In this document: positions 39,168-47,601 of the stretch, one piece after another | Numbering within the stretch: the first letter of the stretch is position 1 | How the letters are laid out: each line of letters starts with the position of its first letter | Source of the DNA: an uncultured delta proteobacterium | GTDB lineage: Bacteria; Chloroflexota; Dehalococcoidia; Dehalococcoidales; BS750m-G39 | Direction of reading: 5' to 3' | NCBI GenBank assembly: GCA_963739245.1 | Contig: CAVTZP010000002.1 | Coordinates: forward strand, 633 to 64,632 | Length of the DNA: 64,000 nucleotides | Translations under genes and position numbers: made by a program | Notes under the pieces: model-generated | Databases searched by the model: none | Told to the model about the DNA's origin: nothing | The model's input: the letters and a program-made list of their open reading frames with translations, nothing else

Positions 39168-39935
39168 TTGGGGTTCTTGGCGGCGCTAAGATTTTTAACC
39201 ATTATACCCTTGCCCGGGCGGCGCGAGATTAGCCCCGAGGAAGTGGGACGCTCCATTGTTTACTTCCCCTTGGTCGGGGTTATCATTGGACTCATTCTGG
39301 CTGGCTTGAACTGGCTACTCGGTCTTGGCCTGCCTTCAGCATTAGTTAATGTACTGCTGGTCGTTTCCCTGGTAGTAATCAGCGGCGGTCTGCACCTTGA
39401 CGGTTTCGTTGATACCTGCGACGGCATGGTTGGACACAAGACAGTGGCGCAGAGATTGCGGGTGATGAAAGATAGCCGTGCTGGTGCCTTTGGCATAATC
39501 GGCGTCTCCTGCCTCTTGCTGGTGAAATATGTCTCACTAAATAGTGTGCCGGCTTGCTGGCTGATGCCAACCCTGGTGCTTATGGCGGTGGTAAGTCGCT
39601 GGGCAATGGTCTACGCTGTCTTTGCCTATCCCTATGCCAAACCATCAGGGCTGGGAAGGGTATTTAAGCAGGGGACAAATCGGACAAGGTTTATCGTAGC
39701 AACAGTGGTTGCTTTAGTGGTGGCAGTGATTCTGGCACAACTCGCTGGTTTGGTTATAATGTTTAGTACCTGGGTTATAGTCATGGCTACGGCTTTCTAT
39801 CTCAAGGGCAGGTTTGGCGGGCTCACCGGTGACACCTATGGGGCAATAAATGAGATAGCTGAGGTCTCAGTCCTTATTCTGGTTTGTCTGCTGGCTCACT
39901 TCCAGTGGCCAGGTGGAAATATCTTTTGGGGATAA
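39168..39935 (+). CDS. cobS: Adenosylcobinamide-GDP ribazoletransferase
   Basis: A.RFLT..P, GGLHLDG..DT.DG, MKDSR.GAFG, GG.TGD.YGA..E. Confidence 0.96.
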   Translation: MGFLAALRFLTIIPLPGRREISPEEVGRSIVYFPLVGVIIGLILAGLNWLLGLGLPSALVNVLLVVSLVVISGGLHLDGFVDTCDGMVGHKTVAQRLRVMKDSRAGAFGIIGVSCLLLVKYVSLNSVPACWLMPTLVLMAVVSRWAMVYAVFAYPYAKPSGLGRVFKQGTNRTRFIVATVVALVVAVILAQLAGLVIMFSTWVIVMATAFYLKGRFGGLTGDTYGAINEIAEVSVLILVCLLAHFQWPGGNIFWG

Positions 39936-39941
39936 GGGGGA

Positions 39942-40508
39942 GTGAAAGCACTAACCATTCTGATAATTGGCGGTGCCGGTAGTGGCAAAAGCCATTTTGC
40001 CGAGGAGCTTGCCCTGAAGCTGGGTGGGGCAGTCCTCTTTGTAGCGACGGCAGTGGCTGGCGATGAGGAGATGCGTCAGCGCATTGACCAGCATCGGAGA
40101 AAAAGACCACCAGCCTGGAGTACCCTCGAGGTCACCACCTTGGTGGGTAAAAGGATTCTGGAGAAGCTCGGCAGTGCTCAGGTAGTGATTGTTGATTGCG
40201 TCACGCTTCTGGCTAACAATATCTTCAGCCAATATAGCGACCAGACTGGTGAGCCGATTGACGTTCCCCTTATCAAGAAAAGGCTTACCGCGGAAATAGA
40301 CGAGCTAATTGAGTGCACGGCGCAGGTTGATGCCAGCTTCATTATTGTTACCAATGAGGTTGGGCTGGGCGTGGTGCCACCGAGTCGGCTGGGCCGGTTA
40401 TACCGTGATTTGCTGGCTGGAGCCAACCAGATGCTGGCACAGGCGGCTGATGAGGTCTACCTGATGGTTGCCGGCCTACCGATACCAATAAAACCAGCCA
40501 AGAAGTAG
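39942..40508 (+). CDS. cobU: Adenosylcobinamide kinase / phosphate guanylyltransferase
   Basis: GGA.SGKS..AE, DEEM..RI..H...RP..W, DC.T, VTNEVG.G, MVAG.P. Confidence 0.96.
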   Translation: MKALTILIIGGAGSGKSHFAEELALKLGGAVLFVATAVAGDEEMRQRIDQHRRKRPPAWSTLEVTTLVGKRILEKLGSAQVVIVDCVTLLANNIFSQYSDQTGEPIDVPLIKKRLTAEIDELIECTAQVDASFIIVTNEVGLGVVPPSRLGRLYRDLLAGANQMLAQAADEVYLMVAGLPIPIKPAKK

Positions 40509-40539
40509 CTCTAATCTGTTCTCATCTATATTCAGCAAA

Positions 40540-40568
40540 TTGCGAACGAGACCCTCTATTGCTATAAT
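40540..40568 (+). promoter_or_regulatory. Promoter of tRNA-Ala
   Basis: TTGCGA (40540-40545), 17 bp spacer, TGn-TATAAT (40563-40568). Confidence 0.75.
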
Positions 40569-40580
40569 ATCTCTGATTAT

Positions 40581-40656
40581 GGGGCCGTAGTTCAGTTGGG
40601 AGAACGCCTGATTTGCATTCAGGAGGTAAGGGGTTCGAATCCCCTCGGCTCCACCA
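40581..40656 (+). tRNA. tRNA-Ala (TGC)
   Basis: Acceptor GGGGCCG/CGGCTCC with G3:U70; anticodon arm CCTGA-TTTGCAT-TCAGG; encoded CCA. Confidence 0.97.
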
Positions 40657-40740
40657 AAAGGGTAAGAGATTTATCGGTACTTTTATAAGCGGGCTAGACT
40701 CGCGGCTTTACAACCTATATAATGGCCTTAGAGCAAGAAA

Positions 40741-42816
40741 ATGAGACTTGCCAATCTTCGTGAGGGGTGTTGCCTTAGACGGGCGGCTAAATACAGTGTT
40801 CTCCTTGTGCTTGCCTTTTTCCTCGTTGTCTCCGCCGTTTTATTCCTCTTACCCAGCCCCGTTTTGGCGGCACCTACCATCTTTCCTTCAGTCTTGCCAT
40901 CGGGTCAGGTTGGCACCCCTTATTCTACAGTTCTGCTCGCGGCGCCAATCACTCCTCCTGCTGCCTGGGCGGTAACTGGTGGCATTCTGCCACCGGGGCT
41001 AGCCTTGGACGCGCCTACGGGGACTATCTCGGGTACGCCGACTACGGCGGGGACGTACAACTTTATCGTGCAGGTCACCGATGCCACCGGACCCTCACCC
41101 CAGCAGGGCTTTTCCATCGTTATTGCCGCCACGCCCATAACCTTCACCACCACCTCTCTCCCCCAGGCAAAGGAGGGTGCCGCTTATTCGGCAACCATCA
41201 CCGTTAGCGGAGGTGTATCCCCCTATACCTACAGCCTCTCTGGCGGGACGCTACCCGCGGGGTTAGCCCTGACTTCTACTAATGGCATTATCTCTGGTAC
41301 CCCTGCTAAAGGTACTGCCGGCAACTATGTCTTCACCATAGGGGTGACCGATAGCTCCTCGCCACGCCTCTCTGCCAGCCAGTCCTTCACCCTCACTGTC
41401 ACCAAAGGCTTTTTTGACACCGTGGTAACTATTACCTCCAGCCTAGCCGCCGGGGAGACTAACGTCTATGTTGATGGCGCACTGGTAGCCGCACTAGGCG
41501 GTGGTCAGACAACCCGTCTCAACTTCGCCGCGGGCACAAGGCCGGTGATAACTGTTGACACCATAGTCTCTGACCCGAGCCGGACTGATGTCAGGTTCAA
41601 GCCTAATATACAAAAAATAACCGTCAGCGAAACCGCCCCTGATGCTACCTTCACCTTCTTCCCGGAGTATTTTATTAGCCTTGCCACTGACCCACCCCAG
41701 ATTGCCTCACTATCTGACTCCGACTGGTATAAGGGAGGCGCGGCGCTGAGAACCGCAGCTCAGGCTCAGATAGACAAGGGGGCAGACACCCAATACCGCT
41801 TTTCCTACTGGCTTTTACCCACTGGCGAAAAGCTCCAGGGCGTGGACCTAAACTGGATGGTTTCAGAGGGAGGAAAGGTCACTGCCACCTATGACACCTA
41901 CTATCTGTTGACAGTAACCTCCCCTCAGGGAAAGGTCGATGGCAACGGGTGGTATAAGTTAGGAGCCGCAGCTAAATGGAGCGTCAGCCCTCCTGAGGTA
42001 ACCATGTCCGGCATTCTCGGTTTCTTCCAGGGCAAGCTAAAACCGGAAAACGCCAGTGACACCGAGGTCATGGATGCCCCAAAGACAATAGCCGTAGACT
42101 GGAAACCAGACTATACCATGCCCGCTATATTTATTTCCCTGTCGCTCATTGCCATCTTAGCTGTCATCTTCGGGGTCCGTCGTCTGTTGTATCCCCCGGC
42201 GCCCAAGCCAGTTCCGGCACCGACGCCGCCAACAATATTAGTCTTAGAGGGAGGGCAGAAACGTGGCCTGGACACAACCAAGGAGCAGCTCGTGGAACAA
42301 TTTCGCCAACTCCTAGAGAAATATGAAAGCGAGGTCAAGACCTCTATAAAATCTGAAGAGTTGCCTGAGGCAAAGCTTGTTCCTGAGTCGCAAAGACTGC
42401 CTTCGCCCAAAGAGGAGGCTTCAGCCTGCGGCTATACGGCAAAAAAGCTCCTCAGAACCGTAGTTGGTAAGTGGCTCAAGAAAGAAGAAAGAATTGTACC
42501 ACCCTCCAAGAAAAAAGGCGTGGAAAAGGGCGTTACCACCATCACCCTCTGGGCACGGGATATTTACAACGAGTGGGAGATCTTTACCTGCTCTCTAGCG
42601 CCGGGACATAGTGGAAAACACAAAGGTACCTCAAGCGTAGCCTATAGCCTTCAAGATACCGTAACCGAAGAGAGAACCTACACTACCAAACAAAGGATTG
42701 TACCACCCAGACCCCACTTCACTGACCAGTTGCCCAGGGTTGATGTCGTTCCAAGTCAAGTAATAACCCCTGACTCAACCGAGACCTTTGAGGAGGTCAT
42801 CGCCCCAGACGAATGA
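40741..42816 (+). CDS. Membrane-anchored surface protein with putative Ig (He_PIG-like) repeats
   Basis: N-terminal hydrophobic segment; two LP.G..G.PY...G.LP.GL.L...G.ISGTP...G.Y.F...VTD repeats; YYL..T...G..WY repeats; TM near aa 460-485; charged C-terminal tail. Confidence 0.8.
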   Translation: MRLANLREGCCLRRAAKYSVLLVLAFFLVVSAVLFLLPSPVLAAPTIFPSVLPSGQVGTPYSTVLLAAPITPPAAWAVTGGILPPGLALDAPTGTISGTPTTAGTYNFIVQVTDATGPSPQQGFSIVIAATPITFTTTSLPQAKEGAAYSATITVSGGVSPYTYSLSGGTLPAGLALTSTNGIISGTPAKGTAGNYVFTIGVTDSSSPRLSASQSFTLTVTKGFFDTVVTITSSLAAGETNVYVDGALVAALGGGQTTRLNFAAGTRPVITVDTIVSDPSRTDVRFKPNIQKITVSETAPDATFTFFPEYFISLATDPPQIASLSDSDWYKGGAALRTAAQAQIDKGADTQYRFSYWLLPTGEKLQGVDLNWMVSEGGKVTATYDTYYLLTVTSPQGKVDGNGWYKLGAAAKWSVSPPEVTMSGILGFFQGKLKPENASDTEVMDAPKTIAVDWKPDYTMPAIFISLSLIAILAVIFGVRRLLYPPAPKPVPAPTPPTILVLEGGQKRGLDTTKEQLVEQFRQLLEKYESEVKTSIKSEELPEAKLVPESQRLPSPKEEASACGYTAKKLLRTVVGKWLKKEERIVPPSKKKGVEKGVTTITLWARDIYNEWEIFTCSLAPGHSGKHKGTSSVAYSLQDTVTEERTYTTKQRIVPPRPHFTDQLPRVDVVPSQVITPDSTETFEEVIAPDE

Positions 42817-42847
42817 CCTTCAGCCCAGTATCGCCCACCATAACTGT

Positions 42848-42970
42848 CTATTTGCCGAGGGCAGCCTCTTCCTTCTTCCTTATCGGGCGCCCGCCATGAC
42901 CGTGCTTAACCTTCTTAAACGCCTCTTTGTACCGTCTTCTTTGCTCTGCCTTTTCTTGCTTTCGTCCCAT
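42848..42970 (-). CDS. Small basic protein (40 aa)
   Basis: Read by hand: GGAGG, short spacer, ATG; MGRKQEKAEQRRRYKEAFKKVKHGHGGRPIRKKEEAALGK. Confidence 0.6.
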   Translation of the reverse strand: MGRKQEKAEQRRRYKEAFKKVKHGHGGRPIRKKEEAALGK

Positions 42971-43089
42971 CGTTAGCCTCCAGATTGCAATTGTCTCAAA
43001 CCTGTGCTATAAAAAAGAGAGAATAAACCATTTAGTATACACCAAAACCAATGGTATATACTATTATTTGAAGTTGTCAATAGGCTTTT

Positions 43090-44562
43090 ATGAAACGGTT
43101 AGTATTACTAATAATCATTGGACTTTGCCTCCAGCTCAGCTTCTGTAGCTCAGTGCAAGCAGCGCCGGAGGAACCACTTCAGGCCAAGGAGCTAAATTTT
43201 GTTTTCCTTCACGGTGCTGGGGGCAATTCCTGTTCTTTCCAGCTTCTGGCTGATTCTATCACAGCGCAACTGCCAACATATACCCTTGACTATGAACAAG
43301 CCAACCCCGGGACTAAGATTCAGGTTGATTCATTACTAAGATGCTACCCCGGCGATGTGGATATTAAGACCTGGGCGGAAAACATTGCCAACGGCATCAA
43401 TGAGCATTTCCAGAATAAGAAGAACCTGGTCTTAATTGGGCACAGCATGGGAGGCAAAGCCGCCCTTTATGCCGTAGTCCAGAATATCGGCAATCTAGCT
43501 GACAAGGTAATAATGGTGGTAACCATCAATAGCCCGATTAAGAGCATGCAAAATTATTATATTGCCGGTGGCGTAACAGCGTTGGATTATTATCGCGCCC
43601 GATGGCTACTTTCCGGCTGGGGGGTTGCTGACTCTGTGGTCCACTATGATAGCTCCCGAGATGGGAGGTTGGTAGCTGAGACTAAGCACTGGTTAGCTTT
43701 CGTATCGGGTGAGTCAGCCCCGCTTAGCCCGCAGTTTGATGTTGGTGGGGTTGACGCTCTACCCAGAGACATGGATGACAGCATCATACCGATTTCGGCT
43801 CAATACTCTGAGGGGGCTGATGTAGTCTACTATGGAGAGTATTCTCATAACGACTTTGGCACCCGAAGCGAGGTAACCGACTTCATGGCGGAGCAAATCC
43901 TCCGCTATATCTTTGGCGGGAGCATAGAATGCTCTGTTTTTGCCAGAGGCGGCAGCTTTGAGCATAAGGCTGGTTGGCTACCGGGGACAGATTCCTGGGA
44001 TGAAGTTGCCGGTGAAGTTCTTGCCGCTAGCGGTAGCATACAGCACTGGAACGAGTCCTATACCACGTGGCAGGAGTGGAATGATGTGGTTGGGAAGAAC
44101 CTTCCCCAGGCCCAGCGGAGTAGTTACCAGATCAGTCAAGTGAGCCATTTCCCATCTCTAGCCAGCGTTAAGGAAGCGCGCTGGTTTCTTCCTGATAACC
44201 CTAATAGTTGCCTGCTCTACATACGCACCAGGGCCGCCCCGAGAAGTCATGTTCAGGTGAACTGGAGCACCTATCAATGTGGGTTACTGCCCCCCGGGGT
44301 TAAGCGTGACCATTATGTGGTTGAAATAACCACCGGCACGCCGCTGACCAACATTAAGCAGGTATCATGGTTAAATGATGACCCCACCGACATCAGGTTA
44401 AGAATATACTCGGAAGCAGCAGGCCCCTTCCGCTGGTTCAAAGCTAACTGGAGGACCTACTTTAAAGAAAGCCGACAAAGGAAAGTCATTGATGAAATTC
44501 CGGCACAGGCGCTGTCGGAAACCACCCCACTAGGTCTACGGGAAAACAAGTGCTGCAATTAG
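43090..44562 (+). CDS. Secreted alpha/beta-hydrolase with beta-rich C-terminal region
   Basis: Signal peptide, VFLHG, GHSMGG nucleophile elbow, DD..IP, YSH. Confidence 0.82.
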   Translation: MKRLVLLIIIGLCLQLSFCSSVQAAPEEPLQAKELNFVFLHGAGGNSCSFQLLADSITAQLPTYTLDYEQANPGTKIQVDSLLRCYPGDVDIKTWAENIANGINEHFQNKKNLVLIGHSMGGKAALYAVVQNIGNLADKVIMVVTINSPIKSMQNYYIAGGVTALDYYRARWLLSGWGVADSVVHYDSSRDGRLVAETKHWLAFVSGESAPLSPQFDVGGVDALPRDMDDSIIPISAQYSEGADVVYYGEYSHNDFGTRSEVTDFMAEQILRYIFGGSIECSVFARGGSFEHKAGWLPGTDSWDEVAGEVLAASGSIQHWNESYTTWQEWNDVVGKNLPQAQRSSYQISQVSHFPSLASVKEARWFLPDNPNSCLLYIRTRAAPRSHVQVNWSTYQCGLLPPGVKRDHYVVEITTGTPLTNIKQVSWLNDDPTDIRLRIYSEAAGPFRWFKANWRTYFKESRQRKVIDEIPAQALSETTPLGLRENKCCN

Positions 44563-44573
44563 GTTAGGCTTTA

Positions 44574-45686
44574 TTACTTCTCAAGCTCAGCCCGGGTCTT
44601 TGCCAAACGCGTTAGACTATCCCGCGCCACAATGCCAATCACCCTATGCCGTTCCAACACTGGCATATAGTCAATTTGCCACTCATTCATTTGCTCAAGC
44701 AGGCTTGCTGCCGGTTGTTTCGCCTGAGCCGTCCTAAGCTCACTGGCCGGCGTCATAATTTCACCTATGGTGGTTGAGTCCCAGCGGTCTTTGGGTACCC
44801 GCTTGATATTACGCATGTCCACAATCCCCTGCAATCTAACCTCATCAGCAACAATGAAATAACGCTGCCCGGTAGCCAGCATGTAACCGCGGACCAACTG
44901 ACCAAGGCTGAGCCCCCGGCTGATAAGCGGGCAATCTCCAGCCACTACATCCCGAGCCATAGTACCACGAAGAACCCTATGCATTATCATGGGGCGACGA
45001 CTCTGCACGGCTGCGGTATATAAAACCCATCCGATAAATGCCAGCGCCACCCCGTTAAACCATTGATGTGCCAAGGCCAGTAACAGAATGCCACCAGCAA
45101 TAAAGAGTAAGCCAAGCCCCTGTCCCGCCCGGCTAACAATACCTGTTGCCCGGTCATAATCACCGGTCACCTTCCATAGCAGTGCCAGCAAAAGCCTGCC
45201 CCCATCAAGGGGAAAAGCCGGGATAAAGTGGAAGAAAGACAGCATAAGATACATAAAGGCTGACCACAGGATGAGCCCATTAATCAGAACGTTGCCGGTG
45301 TGCGCTAGCGCCGCATGAACCCCGTAAAATATTCCGGCTATTATCAGGTTACATAGAAGTCCCGCCAGAGCCAACAACGACTCAAGAATCGGGGAGGTCT
45401 CCTCTCTGGCTACGTGAGACACCCCACCGAAGATAAATAGAGTAATCCTCCTCACCGGGATACCTCTATCGAGCGCCAAAAGATTGAGGATAACTTCACG
45501 CATACTCACCGCGGCAAAAAAGAGCAAGCCGGCGACAATCCCAAAGACTATCCTTTCCCAAAAGGGATAAGCCTCGGGGAACTGGGTCACCATCATGGCA
45601 GTTATAAAGATAAAGGCGATAATCCAACTACTATGTAGTCGTAGGGAAAGCCTAAAAAACCGACCCAAACTAGGTAAACCCCTCAT
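44574..45686 (-). CDS. Site-2 protease (M50) family protein with tandem CBS domains, HExxH degenerate
   Basis: ITLFIFGGVS, AG.L.N, P.FPLDGGR.L, C-terminal CBS pair; ATG 45686 after GGAGAG. Confidence 0.88.
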   Translation of the reverse strand: MRGLPSLGRFFRLSLRLHSSWIIAFIFITAMMVTQFPEAYPFWERIVFGIVAGLLFFAAVSMREVILNLLALDRGIPVRRITLFIFGGVSHVAREETSPILESLLALAGLLCNLIIAGIFYGVHAALAHTGNVLINGLILWSAFMYLMLSFFHFIPAFPLDGGRLLLALLWKVTGDYDRATGIVSRAGQGLGLLFIAGGILLLALAHQWFNGVALAFIGWVLYTAAVQSRRPMIMHRVLRGTMARDVVAGDCPLISRGLSLGQLVRGYMLATGQRYFIVADEVRLQGIVDMRNIKRVPKDRWDSTTIGEIMTPASELRTAQAKQPAASLLEQMNEWQIDYMPVLERHRVIGIVARDSLTRLAKTRAELEK

Positions 45687-45799
45687 CCTCTCCTCCAAAA
45701 ATATAGCTAGTAATGGCATTTTGAGCATGTAGCCTATTTTTGTCAAGCCATGCTTGAAAGCGTTTCATGAAGGGTGTAATATATTTGAGCCTGAAACAT

Positions 45800-45872
45800 G
45801 CCCCTGTAGCTCAGATGGATAGAGCAGCGGTTTCCTAAACCGCGTGCCCGGGTTCGAGTCCCGGCAGGGGTA
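45800..45872 (+). tRNA. tRNA-Arg (CCT)
   Basis: Acceptor GCCCCTG/CAGGGGT; anticodon arm GCGGT-TTCCTAA-ACCGC. Confidence 0.95.
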
Positions 45873-45919
45873 GGAGTTAATTTTTGCCTAAATTTATGGT
45901 AATATAATTTATGAGAGGT

Positions 45920-45995
45920 AGGAGTGTAGCTCAGTTGGTAGAGCAGCGGTCTCCAAAACCGCAGGTCGCGGGTTCGAATCCTGCCACTCCTGCCA
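45920..45995 (+). tRNA. tRNA-Trp (CCA)
   Basis: Acceptor AGGAGTG/CACTCCT; anticodon arm GCGGT-CTCCAAA-ACCGC; encoded CCA. Confidence 0.97.
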
Positions 45996-46026
45996 GTATT
46001 ATGAAGTGAGGAGGTAACAGACGCCA

Positions 46027-46119
46027 ATGTGTTGTATCAAAAAGCCAAAGGTCAAAAAGGCCATCACCCCAAAGAAAAAGACCATTGTCACGAAGAAAAA
46101 GACGCAAAAGAGTAGGTAA
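46027..46119 (+). CDS. Lysine-rich peptide (30 aa)
   Basis: Read by hand: GAGGAGG upstream; MCCIKKPKVKKAITPKKKTIVTKKKTQKSR; stop 3 nt before the next ATG. Confidence 0.45.
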   Translation: MCCIKKPKVKKAITPKKKTIVTKKKTQKSR

Positions 46120-46122
46120 AAG

Positions 46123-46329
46123 ATGAGGGTGTTTATTGGTCTTATCCTGATTGCGGTAGGTGTTTTTGCCTTACTGGTCAAGCTTGATGTGCTCAGTGGC
46201 TCACTCTGGAGCTATGTTTGGCCGAGCATTATTATTGCCCTGGGGCTGTCTTTCCTTTGGGGCCGACGCTCCGGTCGCAGCTGGCACCGCTGGTGCTGCC
46301 ACGGTGAAGAAAAGGAGAAAAAACACTGA
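46123..46329 (+). CDS. Small two-TM membrane protein (LiaI/DUF5668-like)
   Basis: FIGLILI..G...L...L.......W...WP.I.I..GL pattern. Confidence 0.7.
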   Translation: MRVFIGLILIAVGVFALLVKLDVLSGSLWSYVWPSIIIALGLSFLWGRRSGRSWHRWCCHGEEKEKKH

Positions 46330-46335
46330 AGCTAT

Positions 46336-46423
46336 GCCGAGGTGGCGGAAGCTGGTAGACGCGCCATCTTGAGGGGGTGGTGAGCGTAAGCTCGTCGGAG
46401 TTCAAATCTCCGCCTCGGCACCA
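46336..46423 (+). tRNA. tRNA-Leu (GAG)
   Basis: Acceptor GCCGAGG/CCTCGGC; anticodon arm CCATC-TTGAGGG-GGTGG; long variable arm; encoded CCA. Confidence 0.96.
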
Positions 46424-46434
46424 AGAAATAGACT

Positions 46435-46461
46435 CCCACGAAAATCAAGGGTTTTCGTGGG
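46435..46461. repeat. Palindrome in the tRNA spacer, similar to the rplD insertion
   Basis: CCCACGAAAATC-AAG-GGTTTTCGTGGG (12-bp stem, one G:U). Confidence 0.6.
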
Positions 46462-46467
46462 TGATAG

Positions 46468-46542
46468 GCGGAAGTAGTTCAGCGGTAGAACGCCTCCTTG
46501 CCAAGGAGGAGGTCGCGAGTTCGAATCTCGTCTTCCGCTCCA
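46468..46542 (+). tRNA. tRNA-Gly (GCC)
   Basis: Acceptor GCGGAAG/CTTCCGC; anticodon arm CCTCC-TTGCCAA-GGAGG; encoded CCA. Confidence 0.97.
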
Positions 46543-46555
46543 AAAATGGTTGAGA

Positions 46556-46631
46556 GGCGACGTAGCCAAGTGGTTAAGGCGGGGGTCTGCAAAACCCCTA
46601 TTCACCGGTTCGAATCCGGTCGTCGCCTCCA
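46556..46631 (+). tRNA. tRNA-Cys (GCA)
   Basis: Acceptor GGCGACG/CGTCGCC; anticodon arm GGGGT-CTGCAAA-ACCCC; U73 discriminator; encoded CCA. Confidence 0.97.
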
Positions 46632-46653
46632 ATTTATGCCTGCCAGAGTAAAA

Positions 46654-47076
46654 TCAAGCTGACAATTTTTCCGCCAAATCACCAGCCACAGGGACCTTGT
46701 ATCGCTGATTGTGATAGGCTTTAACCATCAGCACTATCCACAGAATAAAACCAAGAACGCCGATTATAGAACCAAAGAACCAACCAACAAACGGTATGTG
46801 GCTAAGCATAACGCTGATAAGATGGAGAGCGCCAAAGACGATAATTGACTGGATGGCATGAAAACGAACAAACTTATTCTTTTGCTCCAGGAGGAGAAAG
46901 ATAACACCACTTATCCACCCGGCAACATAACATAGTAATCCGGCAACATTTGGCTCAAGGTCTACCGTTGAGACCGTCTTGGCTTTTTGTCTTTCCCTCT
47001 TCAGTCTCTCCTCTGCCTCAATCCGCGTCTTCTCCTCCTCATAGATTCTTCTCCTCTCCTTCGGTGACAACTTCAT
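46654..47076 (-). CDS. DUF4870-like membrane protein
   Basis: N.AG.LCY..GWISG...LLLE.KN.FVRFHA.QSI, KAY....YK.P..G..A. Confidence 0.8.
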   Translation of the reverse strand: MKLSPKERRRIYEEEKTRIEAEERLKRERQKAKTVSTVDLEPNVAGLLCYVAGWISGVIFLLLEQKNKFVRFHAIQSIIVFGALHLISVMLSHIPFVGWFFGSIIGVLGFILWIVLMVKAYHNQRYKVPVAGDLAEKLSA

Positions 47077-47153
47077 TTAAATAATCCCCCTTTCCCGGTT
47101 AGCCTGCCTTATTTTATCACTTTTGACAAGCCCCCTGCTCTTTAGCACCCCAT

Positions 47154-47190
47154 CCCCCTTTATCCCCCTTCCCTTAATAAGGGAAGGGGG
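47154..47190. repeat. CCCCCTTTATCCCCCT motif (copy 2) with a 12-bp hairpin
   Basis: CCCCCTTCCCTT-AAT-AAGGGAAGGGGG at 47164-47190; the first 16 nt match 575-590. Confidence 0.7.
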
Positions 47191-47526
47191 AATGGGCAGG
47201 AATTATTGAGAAAAATATCTGGGGTGAAACAACCATAAAACATGAATGACATTATGCTTAGAAATTGCACATTAGGTAACATTCACTCAGATTGTGCAGT
47301 TCTACCAATTAGATGAACTGCGCAGTGACGCTATACATGCCATCAAACGACTGGTGATACATGCTTAATTAGCTTGAAATCGAATGTTTTGTTGCTCAAG
47401 GTGGGTTAGGAGTGCTTCAGCTCAAAGATTTCTCTCGTTAGATTTATTGTTTCGATTTTCATGTTGCTCCTACCTCCATAAGGTATATTCTACTGAATGC
47501 GTTTGGATAAAGCCAATATTGGGAGT

Positions 47527-47555
47527 TTGACAAGACAGTAGGTAAATGATAATAT
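47527..47555 (+). promoter_or_regulatory. Candidate promoter of mobB-radical SAM-bamB2
   Basis: TTGACA (47527-47532), 17 bp spacer, TAATAT (47550-47555). Confidence 0.65.
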
Positions 47556-47601
47556 TAATATAGCGTAAAATTAACGCAATACTAAATGTGAGATATACTG
47601 A

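Noticed and set aside
45743-46632. ORFs 45743..46027 and 46402..46632 (-)
   Set aside because: Antisense translations of tRNA genes
46336-47200. Integrative element at the tRNA array
   Set aside because: No integrase, no duplicated tRNA 3' end and no transposase seen in the window
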